Shown here: piece after piece, positions 40,127 through 52,547 of the stretch
Numbering within the stretch: the first letter of the stretch is position 1
Layout: every line of letters starts with the position of its first letter
Assembly: GCA_973895155.1 (NCBI GenBank)
Contig: OZ316892.1
Location: 21,081,619-21,145,618, forward strand
From: Marsupella aquatica
Lineage: Eukaryota > Plantae > Marchantiophyta
Direction of reading: 5' to 3'
Length of the DNA stretch: 64,000 nucleotides
Program-made: the position numbers and the translations under genes
Notes under the pieces: model-generated
What the model was told of the DNA's origin: nothing
The model's database searches: none
What the model saw: only the letters and a program-made list of their open reading frames with translations

Positions 40127-41044
40127 ATGTCTGGGAGGTGACGTGTATTTGTGATGGTTTTTTCCAGTGTTGAGTGTCGGTGGATCACCCGGAGTTTTGT
40201 CGCATGGAACTTGGAGTTTATGGGCTCAACGGATAGATCGGGGCAAGAGCTTTCTAACGGTGTGAAGAAATCGTTGAACGGAGCTCGTGGTGCAGACACA
40301 ACTACATTTTGACTCAACTTAACGTTGCCTCACAACAGGCTAATCTCGACGTATGAAACTCTAAACGGAAACACGGAATCCCCAAGGTAAAATTGGCAAC
40401 GTTCTGGACGTCTATATTGACGTGGTTTCTTACGTCGTCTCACACAATGCACATTGCCACACCGCCAACGTGGTTCTTTGTGTGCACGACGTCCTATGCA
40501 TCGTTAGAGTACTGGGCTAATGTAGATTTCCATGTCCATTGAACGTCGCACGAAGTGACGTTAATACAAACAAAATGTCGTGATTGACGACGTTGACTCC
40601 CTCGTATAAGACAACGTCAATGTTTGTAACGATGTCTGGGACACCGTTTCGTTTGATGTAATGTGAATTCGTTCATTGGTTTACGTGGTGTGATAAGACG
40701 TTGTTATCATATATCGATGTCATGAACGACATTGTGTGAAAGTGGAAGACTACGTCTGGGTCATACCTTGTGAGATGCTTGGTAACTTTATGAATGAACG
40801 ACACCCCGTATATTATGTCGGACCCTGCCATACAACCTTATTGGAGGTTATAAACACACTTAAGCTAGGGTTACAATGGGGTGAGTATTATTTGGGTAGG
40901 CAATTGGGGTTTAGGGATACACATTCAATATGCATATGGTATAGACGTTGTAATCCGCGAAAAGTGTGGTATTAGATAATATTGTTATGGGCCAAATATG
41001 TACAAAATGGAGGATGAAGTTGGGCAAGTAAAATAGGCTATACC

Positions 41045-43209
41045 CTAGTCACGCTCAGTCCGCCTGGTATCACGTCCAGACCTGCGTGTAGAAGTGGGTT
41101 GTACGCCTCTCGTGCGCAACTCGTACCTGGAGTCATCCTCCTCTAAGCTAGTGGTACTGGGGGACAACGTATCTGCCTGTGTTGCAGCCCTATGAGTAGT
41201 CACTGGCCTACTCCCCTTACTGTGTGGAGGTCGCCTAGTGTCATCCCTCCTCCTCCTCTCCCTCTCCCTCCCCCTCCGTCTATCTGACCTATCTCTCCCT
41301 ATCTCCCTCTCTCTCCCTCCCTTGGCTCTCTCTCTCCCTCCGGCCTTGGCCACTAGTACGCCCCCCATGAGTCTCTGCCTCCTCCTGCCCGCAATCTACG
41401 TGAGCCTCCTCCTGCAAACCCTCCTCGGGCGGTACCCTGGCTGGCAAGTGATCCTCAGGGATGGCCCGTGCAACCAAGCCCTCCGGAGGAGTCCAATCCT
41501 CCACCTGCATGATAGCATTCTGGTCAGTTAATGTCACAGAGTAGGCCTAAAGTCAACTACAACCTAGCAATCACTTTAGCTCTTACCCGGTGATCCTCCG
41601 GGACTGAGGCCAACTTGGCCCATAGCGCTGCCGGGCCATACCGTTTCGAGTACAGCCGCTCCTCCTCCGACGGCTTGGCATCGACACCAAACTTGCGTTT
41701 CTGCGAGAAAGCAAAAGAACGTCGTTCCTAAGCACGTATTCAACCCTCTCAGCATCGGTGCTAACGTCGTTCCATGCGTTGCATATCTAGTTAACGTCGC
41801 TCTAACGACGTTTTCACTAAAGCGGTACATGTAACGTCTCAAGGATGACGTTCTTCCTAAGGTACGTCTCAGATGAAGTTACAAATCAAAGTTAACGTTG
41901 TTATGGACGACGTTATGAATGAATCAGGCGACGTAATTTCAAAATCTCGACGTTACACTATGGTTTACACCAGAGCAGCGAAATGAAAACGTGGAAGTTG
42001 GGTCCGAGACTTACGTAGGTTGCAAGGAACCCTCGCCATCCTCCTTGCCCCCAGAAATTGGTTACTAGAAGGTGTCCGCTATTCTTTCGAGCTGCAGTGG
42101 CTTTGTCACCCATGTGCACTCGTTTTCCTACTGGGGTGTCTGGGGGTGCTTCAAGTTCAGACACGATCAAGTTGAAGTCCGACTTGGCCATCCCTTCAGG
42201 CTTACGGTACTGCCCTGTCTTCTCGCATTTCATTGCTCGGACCTTGCTTCTCCACCTGAATCTTCTGTCAGCAAGGAAACTCACAATCTTCTGCCTGATG
42301 TGTCGAAAATCAATCTCTCTGCCATTCTTGAATCCGGCCTGTATGTCATTGAGGAGTACTTGAAACTTCTTTGTATTGTGCACGAGGTCCTTCCAAGTCG
42401 TCCACCCAGGGCAGTATTTCGTACAGCAGACCTGCACTCGATTCGTTAGCGCCTTCTCATCAAGCACCTCTGGCTTCGCATCAAAAGCAGCCAGGCTGAT
42501 GACCGGCAGTTGTTCTTTGCTGGCAGGAGTAGCAACGCTTCGGTGAGGAGAAGCTCGCCGACGACCTCCTCCGATTGAATGTGAATGTCGATGTGACCTT
42601 CGACCTCTCCTATCTCTGTCCACCCTCGAATCTCATTCAGCCCTTTTTCTCTTGTGTGTGCTGCGGCTGTCTCTTTCTCTGCGCTCCTTTCCCTTCCCCT
42701 TTTTTTTGTCTCCTCTCAATGCTACTATTGCTACTCAAAGAACGGGAACGACGTCGCCTTCTGTGTGTCCGCAACTCTGTACTTGAATCATCAGGCTCAT
42801 ATCTCTGAATCCTCACTTGGCTCTTGATGGGAGTAACACAGGGTGGTTGTGAATCCGGCTCCATCCCAGAGAATGAGGGATAGTCCCAGACTGAGTCCAT
42901 CAAGGGCGGGAAGGAAGCAAGAGGATCAAGTGATGCCCCCGGAAGGTCGCGCAAGAACTCTGGTGCTTGAATGTCGGGCTCAACGTCGGATGCTGGAGCG
43001 TTCTCTTCTATGTTCTGAAGGTATTCCAAAAATCGTGACTCCTTCGTCCCAGTTCCTCCCATGAATTGCCAACTCTGATTGAAAGCATCAATCAGTGAAT
43101 GTGCTGACCGCAAAGCTGTTCGAACCTTCTCCACCTCCTCTGGGTCTTCCATGGAAACTTTCACAGCATCAAAGTTGATACTGAGGGGCAGATAAGCTGG
43201 ACGTGACAT
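41045..43209 (-). pseudogene. TnpA/Ptta-like accessory ORF of the CACTA element (one frameshift at ~42630-42710; downstream exons ~41700-41587 and 41519-41045)
   Basis: WTTWKDL..FLADRRFRWRSK..KATAARKNSGHLLVTNFWGQGGW resembles plant Ptta/En-Spm ORF2. GT-AG sites at 42014, 41701, 41586 and 41520. Charged low-complexity tail. Confidence 0.5.
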
Positions 43210-43727
43210 TGAGGCGAGACTTGGAGCAAATGTAGATGACCTTCACAAAGATTAGAGCTTCACTAGAGCTTCACTAGAGCCACAAACAGAACAGAACACT
43301 AGATGTGGGGTGAGGTGTGTGCGGAATGGTCGAATGACTCACATTCGACACTATGCCCCGGTATTTTCCGAATAGAATGCGGCAGAGTTCGCAACAATGT
43401 GTTTCCGCCATTCTCTGTCTATTTACGTCATTTTTCACGACGATGCCCTAATTGATCGATTAGTAATACGTTGTGCTAGACGACGTTTTCATTTAAACGT
43501 TGTTCTGTACACCGTTAAAAGGTAGGGTTTACTGTAACGTCGTGTGGGGTACGGTACATGACGTAGGGTTTAAGAAATATGTCGTGTATTGTGTTCTCGG
43601 CGACGTAAAGTGAAAGTACTTTGTTTTACTTGACGTAAATATTGTGGTACTATAGTGGTCCCGACGTTCCATTTCCAAGGCTGAGTTTGCAAGTTTGCGT
43701 GTATATGTGTGTGTACTATTGCAGGCC

Positions 43728-45211
43728 ATGGCCTCGTGCTCATCGGAGTGGTCATCTGATGATCGCTATGATGGAGGTGCACATCACCAAGACAGGTACC
43801 GCTCTCATGATAGGGGGAGGGAGAGGAGGAGGGAGCACTCACCTGCGAGGTCGAGATACCACTCAGCCGAGAGGAGGAGGGACTTATCATCTGATAGGAG
43901 CAGGCACCATTCGTCTGAGAGGAGTTGGGATCAGTCTTCAGATAGGGAGTACCGATCTAGGGATCATCGACATCGGGAGCGACGAAGGCATAGGAGGTCC
44001 CATCGACAGTCCCACCGCCACCGCCGGTCCAGGTCTCCCTCTGATGACCACACACCCCGACACCGATCACCCATGCCGGAGGATGAGGATAGGTTTGGAG
44101 AGGCCATGGCTGCCCTTCAGGGGATTGGCCCAGTCCGAAAGATGCCCTGCCCATGTAGTAGATGCAAGGGCGTCGTCTCCCACGAGAGGACCACTGTCCT
44201 TAGCCATTTAGGCCTCCACGGCCGTTACGTACCCCCGACACATCAGGTAATTCATAAACCTTTATTGACACTATTCAATTCATTAAGTCCTTATTTTTGA
44301 ATATAACATGTTTGGGTTTCTTGAGTTTCTTGAGTGTTTAGTTGGAATGGTTTTTTCCCTGATTTCTGAAGTTCTCTTGTTCACATGTGAAACAGATTTT
44401 GTGTGTGGTCTCTCCGCCCTTGGACCACATGAGATAGGTTGCACGTCGCGCGCTCACAGCACTAGTTCCCCCATCAGCACTCGATGCCACGTTAAGGGCA
44501 ATAGACCGTGTTTTTGATAGGAGGAGGAGGGTCATTCGGAGTCACCCTATTGAGAGGGGAGTAGAGGTCACCACTAGACCTCGGTCCATTACGTCTCGTA
44601 CCCCTAGGACGGTGCCGCCACACTGTCCTTTTCTTGATGCCTCTTTTTCCCGAGCACCAAGAGAGTTAAGAGGGAGAGCCTTGGACATCATAAAGGACTC
44701 ATTCCCAATCCAGTTTGGCCTCCCTATGGTCCTGCTTGTTCGGGAGCCTATTGTAGTTTGGGATAGGCCATGGGTCCTCCTCCCATCCACATTGGGAGAC
44801 GACGTAGGTCTTGGATTATTTGCACTCGTGGATATTGTGGTGCCGGAAGGTTGTGCACCTGAGGACCTGCCCGAGTTGATTCCATTTTATGGGCCAAAGT
44901 ATTCGGCCCATAGATGGCGTATCTTGTCTCGCCAATGCCCAACCTTTGGTCGGTATGGCATGTCACTAAAGTTGGACCCTAGGTATACTCAGATGGATGG
45001 TTACCCCCCTCGTACTGGAAACTTGGCGGGTTACATCAATAGCACAGTGGGGTGTCGGCGTTTGGGGTTCCGCCCCAACGCTGAGTGGCATGAGTACCAT
45101 GACCAGAGTCACCCTCGTTTGCCCTTGGGATGCAGTCACTACATCCTGACACATGCCACCCGCACCATTCGAGCAGGGGATGAGATATTTGTAGACTATG
45201 ATTGGCATTGA
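43728..45211 (+). CDS. SET-domain protein; exons 43728-44246 (RS-rich plus transposase-associated Cys/His domain) and 44438-45211
   Basis: STLGDDVGLGLFALVDI, FYG, GNLAGYINST, PNAEW, HATRTIRAGDEIFVDYDWH. A phase-0 splice gives an uninterrupted frame. Confidence 0.75.
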
Positions 45212-48200
45212 AGATTATATATGTTATTGATCACTTATTCATTACTCAGAGTGAGACTTATATTGGATTCTTTGACCTTCAACCTCATGCACTATTGGGA
45301 ACACATTGTCTAATTTGGGGATGACCTTATCTAATATTGATGTCTTGCATAGGATGGTCCAAATATAACACCTACACCTCATCCATCGATGATGACGGAG
45401 TCAGCCCGTTCGTTCCACATGCGAGCCACATTATCTTTTTCTGACGACGAAGATGTTGAGAGTGATCATGTGCATGAGGACGAGGATGTGGACGAGGATG
45501 TGAATGAGTACCATGATGCACATGATGACGATTTTGATGAAGATGTAGAGGATGATATGGATGCACCTATTCTTGAAGAGGATGCTTTTGCGCACCTTGT
45601 GGACATCCACTTTGGACCTCATGTACCTGAGGGTGACCCTCCTGTCATGGAACTAGACGAAGATGATTGGGACCAATTGGAAACTGAATCCAGGACTCCG
45701 CTATTCCAGGGTTCCCCGACCTCACGGTACATTTCTCTGAGGTGCTATTATAGTTTTTCTACTGTAATGTTGCTTAAGGGTGTGCATAAACCCTAAGTCC
45801 CCAATTGGACCATCCTCAATGGCATGCCTTAAACTAATTAAAAAGCTGGTTTCTTTGTGGTTTTCAATGCAAATGCAGGTTGGGAGCCACACTCTTGATG
45901 TTGAATTTACAGGGGGTTTTCAATGGATCAGATGTCCATACAGATGCACTCTTTGCGTTGTTCCACAACAAACTCTTGCCTCAACCTAACAACCTTCCAG
46001 GAAGTGTGCGGGAGACTAAGAAGTTGTTATCATCTATCGGACTGGCGTTAGAGACTATACATATGTGCCCTCATGGGTGCATCTTGTATAGAGGACCGTA
46101 CTTGGACCTCACCCATTGCCCAATTGAGCGATGTGGCCTTCCACGGTATCGTCCTGATACCATTGGAGACAAGATTGCTGAGAAGGTAATGACATCCTCT
46201 CTGTACCACATCTGTATTTTAGTAATTTTTGACGTACTTTATGGCGTTTTGTGTCCCTTAACGTTGCCCTCGTGAGTAGTACGTCTTTCAACTAGAAGTA
46301 AATAACCCTAACGTCTCCCTTGTGATTTTTACGTCTTTCCATACGACGTTTTTTAGTCCAACGTCGATTTTTGCAACGTAAAAGTTTAGAGAACGTAGAT
46401 CTGCTCAACATGAAACTATAACGTCGTTCTGGACAACGTTCACTTTTAGGATACGTAGTTATGTTCAATACAGAAGTAATACGTCGTATTGAACATCGTA
46501 AAGATTTTTGGAACGTAGTTATCGTCAACGTATTTGTGATGTTAACGACGAAATGCCGCCTCATGGTTGTTGTACATTCAGGTACTGAGGTATTTTCCAA
46601 TCACACCCCAATTGCAGCATCTATACCGGCGAAGACACCTATCCTCCCTACAGACTTGGCATGCCGAGACCAAATCCCTAGCAGGGATAATGCGGTATCA
46701 CCAAGATAGTCCAGCATGGAAGCACATTGATGCCACATGGCCAGATTTTGCTGCAGAGCCACGGAACGTTCGGTTGGGGTTGTCCATAGATGGGGTAAAC
46801 CCATACAAGCAGCGACGGAAACCAAAGTCCATTTGGCCAGTTCTTTTGATAAATCAGAACATCCCTCCATGGTTGGCGATGAAAAAAGGTCATGTTCTCC
46901 TCCTAGCTATCATTCCCGGTCCCGAGGCTTGCAAGAATCCAGATGTTTGCTTGGCCCCAGCTTATGAAGAGCTACATGACTTGTGGGAAATTGGGGCTCC
47001 AACAACAGATGTCACCCGTGCACCGGACAATGGGAGGACATTCAACATGAGAGTCATGATCACCCATTGCACCACTGATGGGCCCGGTAATTCAAAAACC
47101 TTACAAAATGTGATTATATTGTGCTAAATGACTTTATGTCTTCATTTGGCTTCTTTTATTGTGGGAATATGATGGGGTTTCTTTGGCAGGCATGGGCACA
47201 ATATCAGGCTTGAAGGTGGCTGGGTACTCAGGTTGCCCTTCATGTGGCCCTGAGTTGCATGGGAGGTACTCAGTACTATTGCACAAAACCACATATGAGG
47301 GCAGCAGGATGAGATTGTCAATGGATGACCCCATGCGATGTAACACAAGACATTGGGCACAGACTGAGTTAAGACCATGTCCTAATGCGCCTTCAGCAGA
47401 AGCTCAAATTCAAATGGCAGAGATGGTGGAGGCTAAGCTGCTGAAACCCAAAGATTGTGGAGTAAACCGACGCTCAGCATTGTGGGACTTGCCTTATTGG
47501 AGGGTAGGTACAATACACCTATCAAATGTTGTGTATAGATTTTTTCATCAACTCTCATAATGCTAGAGTTTTTCACTTGATTACCATGTTGTGCAAGCAG
47601 ATGCTAAAGATCCGGTGGCTACTGGACTCCATGCACATTGAAGTGAATGTCGCAAAGAATTTGGTGAAGCACATGTATGGTGAGAATGATACTCGTGGAG
47701 TTCGTGTGGATGCAAAGAATGTAGGAGTTGTGAAGAGCTGTTGGATATCAGGTACATGATAAAACATCGATCAACCCTTAATTTGTAAGAAGTTGCCCGG
47801 ATTTGCCTGAAACCCCAAACCCTAACAAGTTGATTCTCTTTAATTATTGGACAGCACGTACTGGGGTGACACCACCAGCCCCTTGGATTTTGCCTCGAGA
47901 CATTCTAAAGGATGTGAATGGGATGATTTGTGAGATGAAGTTCCCGAGCCATTACGGAGCTGGATTCCATGGGTGCACAACGAGGAATGAGTACATCCCC
48001 CCGATAGGGTTGAAGTCCCACGATTATCACAAGTTGATACAGCATGTGCTCCCTGCAGTGTTGCGTTGTTGCGATGATTCTAGAGAGCGCCACCTACTCC
48101 GACTCACAGTGTACAAGTTGTGCTCCATTTTCAGGTTGGAAATATCTTACTCGTGGATTTTGTGGTGTTATGGGACCATAAATTTATGGTGTCTCAAACG

Positions 48201-49597
48201 ACATTCTAGAGAGGATACGTAGTCTCTTAATACTTTACGTCATCTATAACTAGGTAATGTAAAAATACGACTCCACATACGACGTATTCAAGGTCGTATA
48301 AGTCACCCCTCTTCAGGAACATCCTGCAAAGCGACGTTTGTAGGAATCTTAGTAGAGGGAATGTTAGTAGGCATTGAATTGGTAACCATCTTAGCCCACT
48401 TTCAGATTGGGCGGTGATATTTATTCCTGTCATGTTTTTGAGTGCCTCATAGGTGGGTATGTGCCAAGGAGATCAAGGAGTCAGAGATTCCTTTGATGAG
48501 GGAGAGGACGGCGCAAGTGATGTGCAATTTGGAGCGAGTGTTCCCCCCAGCACAGTTTGACATGCAAATGCATTTGCTATGTCACCTGGTGGATGAAGTT
48601 GCCATTGCAGGCCCAGTCCATGCCCGATGGATGTATTGGGTTGAGCGATATATGAAGGTGCTCAAGGGTTGGGTGCGTCAACCCGCTCGACCTGAGGGAA
48701 GTATGGCAACAGGGTTCATTATGTCAGAGTGTCTTTTCTATTCCGGGGGGGTGATAGGGAGTTTGGATAGCAAAGCTCCCACAACTTGGGAAGAGGCACA
48801 AGATGATGACAATGGTGGGCTGCGATTGATGGGTGCGGCCAAGAAGCGATCATTGGATGATGACATCTTTCGTCGACAGATCCATAATTATGTGTTGGGG
48901 AATCGACCGGAGATGTCTGATTGGAGGGAGATGTATAGGTATGGTACTCTAAAATTTTAATCGATTGTGAATTGGATTTGAGAAGGCTGCAAATCTCTAA
49001 CAATCTTGTGACAACGTATTTGGCAGTGCATGGTTGGAGCTTCAAGTGGGAGTTGCGCAAGCAGGTCGTGGCATTGCATCATTTCGTGTCTGGGCTTTGG
49101 AGCGCATGGAGAGGCTCTTGGCTGTGCATGGGTCTACATCCATTCCCATTGATGTACAAAACATCATTAGAGGGCCAGGGATGCGGGCCACAACTCATAC
49201 ACACATGTATGAGTCAGGGCATCACTTTCGGACTTGGAGGACAGACCATATGAAGAAGAGTACTTGTAACTCTGGAATCTTCATGATGACTGATGTAGAT
49301 GATGTAGAGGTTCCTTATTGTGGGACAGTTGTGGACATTTTAGATGTTCATTTTGGGTCATTTGTCACCACTGTACTAGAGGTGAGGTGGCACAAGTCGA
49401 TCATGTCACCCCCAGCGAGAGCTACGATGGTTGCGGATGAGTGTGGTTTTTATCGTGTGGACACAACCCGAGTTGCACCCACAGGGACTGAGTTTAGTGA
49501 CACCATAGTTTTTCCTAGCCAGGTGGATCAGTGCATTATGGTTCCGATGCAGACCATGAGAGGATGGTCCATTGTCATACTAATTTTCCCTCGGTGA
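43728..49597 (+). CDS. TnpD-type CACTA transposase; exons 43728-44246, 45353-45726, 45879-46185, 46582-47086, 47190-47503, 47601-47751, 47855-48134, 48453-48938, 49027-49597
   Basis: CPCSRCK..HL..HG; IHMCPHGCILY..CP..C; LRYFPI..DSPAWKHID..EPRNVRLGLSIDGVNP..SIWPV; TDGPG; DSMHIEVNV; GLKSHDYH; FPPAQFDMQMHLLCHL..GPVHARWMYWVERYM..RPEGSMA; YCGTVVDI..DECGF. All junctions are GT-AG and in phase, and no stops were seen. Confidence 0.88.
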
Positions 49598-50278
49598 AGG
49601 AAGGGCTTCATGGCATCAGTCCTTGCAGACGATGCGGACTGACACTATCCTTCACACCCTCCATTTATATGTATTGGCTATGCCCACCTTCCACATATAT
49701 ATTGACATATGTTTCGACGTTTGAGATCTGGCAAACTGGAGGGAGAGTTGTGCAAAGTTTCTTCTTTCCTCACTTTATAGCTAAGAACACATTAAAAAGC
49801 ATTAAACCTCGGCCTTCGAACAACCTTCAATGGGTCCTAGCACGTAAACCCTTATCACGTAGGCCAATTGACACTTCGAACTTATTAACGTCAACCTCAA
49901 CGTCATTAGACAATCAAAGGTCCCTTATACCCATAATGAAGACGTTAATCTATAGTTACGTCGTAGATACGTTGTACAAACGATGTATACATAGTACGTC
50001 CTTGGTTTACCTTGTAGTAGACGACGTAGATTGTGTTACCGTGTCTTAAACGACGTAAATGTTTATTTAACCATTCTTCTGATGACGTTCAAAGTTTCAA
50101 TCGACGTTACTCACAAAACACATTACAAATATAAATTGCCTGGGAGGGACTTTTTATTCATGCGCTCAGAAACATACAACGTGCACATAAGGCATGAGTC
50201 TGACTCCAGTCTAAACTGATTCCAATCCTAGGCAAATGATGCTCCTCCGTCTCCAGCTGACCTTGGCACTAGTGTAGC

Positions 50279-50839
50279 TTAAGGGGTCCCTTCACCAGAC
50301 CAGTAGTACTCCTCATCTGCCTTCCTCTTTTTGTACGAATCACGCCTATTGCTGGCGTTCCATTTCTTGCGGACCACTGCTTCACCAACCTTCAGCCTTT
50401 CAGCCTCAATCTCAGCTGCACAGCTTTCCTTGTAGTCATACATCACAATATCAAGTTCAGTCGGTGACAACTGACATTTAGCCAACTTTGGTGGACAAGC
50501 CTCACCATCATCATCCTTGGGCGTATTGTCCAGCATCAAATCGTCCCCTGGATGCAGCAAAAACTCTTCTGGGTCCAACTCCTTATTGCCCAGAATGGAG
50601 TACTGTACCCAACAAATCGAGATGAAATGCACGGACTCTGCAAAGTGCTCGATCAATCCAAGATAGTCACTGAAGTGCTCTGTGACTTGTTTCCAGGTAT
50701 TGGCAAGCAAGTATTCCGTCTTTGAGTTACAAAACTTGTCTATCACACCTCCACGACAAAAAAAGCCACGAACAGTCTTGTCTTCTTCACCTAGCGGAAG
50801 AAAACAACAGTGGACATCCTTGAATATCTTACGTACCAT
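50279..50839 (-). CDS. Small BRCT-domain-like protein carried by the CACTA element
   Basis: IFKDVHCCF..RGGVI..KTEYLL..HFISICWVQYSILGNKELDPEEFLL fits the BRCT consensus (F, GG, THLI-like, W..S); basic C-terminal tail. Confidence 0.6.
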   Translation of the reverse strand: MVRKIFKDVHCCFLPLGEEDKTVRGFFCRGGVIDKFCNSKTEYLLANTWKQVTEHFSDYLGLIEHFAESVHFISICWVQYSILGNKELDPEEFLLHPGDDLMLDNTPKDDDGEACPPKLAKCQLSPTELDIVMYDYKESCAAEIEAERLKVGEAVVRKKWNASNRRDSYKKRKADEEYYWSGEGTP

Positions 50840-52547
50840 AGCTAAAGACTTTCAATCTCACTCTGCAAATTCTGTGCACTATCATACCCGTAGGACATCT
50901 GAAATCACGAATGACCTGTGCAGTGAGGTCCCAGTAGCCTTGCCCCAAAAACTCCCGCAAAAAACCTTACGCATGCCAATTGGATTCCATTAACGTCGTT
51001 TCCCACATTGGTCATATACGTCTAACCTCGCCCAACATCCATTATACGTTGTCATAGCATAGTATCCGTTATAGCCACGTCTGAAACGACGTACATCTAT
51101 ACGTCGACCCAACCCTATTTTGCTACACCGTTCGGGACGACGTCTACATGTTTGCCTCGTTATAAAAGACGTAAATAGCCCTATTGGGAGATACGTTAAA
51201 TTAAAGACCCTCTAGACGACGTAAAATGGGAAGGAAAGTCAAATGGGTAAACCCATTTTGGGTTACGACGTAGAGGGAGATGTACTGGGGAGTAACGTCG
51301 TGTCACATGACGCGAAAGGAAGTCACGACGTAGTGAAATGTAGTTGTGAGAGAGATCTAAGTTTTTGTCATTTTGGATTTTGTGAAGAAAGTTGGCAACA
51401 TTCGTGTTCGACGGTTTTTTGGAGAAGGGACCAGAGTTTGTTTTCTTGACGGTTTGAGCTCTACGGCAAAGGAGGCATCGCATGCTGTAGCTCTGCTTAT
51501 AGATCGGGATGAGCTGTTTGTTTTGGTAGCTGATTTGTTACCAAGTGTGTACCGTGTGCGACGGGACGAGCAAAAGAAGCATTCTGATTTTCTGACCGGC
51601 TATGGAGTCCTCTTTTGCCTGATCGGGGTTTCTTGTCGTGGAAATCGACTCGGAGGGAGAAGCGTCAAGTATTTTGACTCAACGGAGAGATTGAGGCAAG
51701 ACGATTGTTTTGAGTCCGGGATTGGCTCTTTGATGCCAAGAGGAAGGCTAAGCAAAATCAATTACCTTGTTGGACTTGGTGACGGCACCAAGTGCAATTC
51801 ATCAACATTCGTTGTTGACAAGGTACCATTTTTTCTCTTTGAAAAACTGATTCAAAATTGGCTATGGCAATTGAGAGAAATCTGTCATCTTTACCAATTT
51901 TTTTCTCTCTTGTTCTTTCCTCGTTTTGGGTGCTTCTTATACCGATCTTCACCGCCTCGAAGTCTAGTTTCCAAATCTGAAATCAGATCTTGATTTCGTC
52001 AAAACCCGAGTGAGATATCTTGCGTTTGGTGTCGAGGGGTACATTCTGCCGTGTGTATTTTCTGCGCGCGTGACCAGATTTCGACAACGAAGGGTGGTAG
52101 GGGGTTTTGGGGGTTCGAGGACACGTGTCAGCCCCTCGATTGTTCTTCCAAAATTCCCATAGGGCCTGTACAAGGGTCATAGAATATTCCAAAAAACCAG
52201 AGAGCTATTTTTTGACCGTCCAACAAAGATTTCATCCGCCGAACGGTAATTTTTTTGGTTCTTTTTTGGCGAGGTCGTAGCCATTGAAGTTGGCAACGCG
52301 ATGCACCGATCACATCACAATTCCGATGACGGGTTGTACTTCATATTTTGGTTATTCCTTGAGGTGGTCAAAACGGGGGAGTTTCCCAAGGTTTTACCCA
52401 CCTCGATCAAAATTTGAATAACTTTTCCGTCAAATTTTGATTTTGATTTTCAGTATTGGACTCCTAGCTTTGTGGGCTACGCGGCGGTGTTGAATTTTGA
52501 GTTTTTAGAGAAGTTGTGAAAAACGACATTTTTTGTGATTTTCTCAT

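Larger units (their letters stand above)
40297..51348 (+). mobile_element. CACTA/En-Spm DNA transposon (11,052 bp) with CACAA termini
   Basis: Perfect 13-bp TIR CACAACTACATTT / AAATGTAGTTGTG and 3-bp TSD AGA. Removal restores the Copia leader gagctcgtggtgcaga-gagatctaag. Confidence 0.93.

Noticed and set aside
51373-51993. 206-aa ORF in the Copia leader
   Set aside because: It has no ATG start and no recognisable domain, and lies in the untranslated leader.
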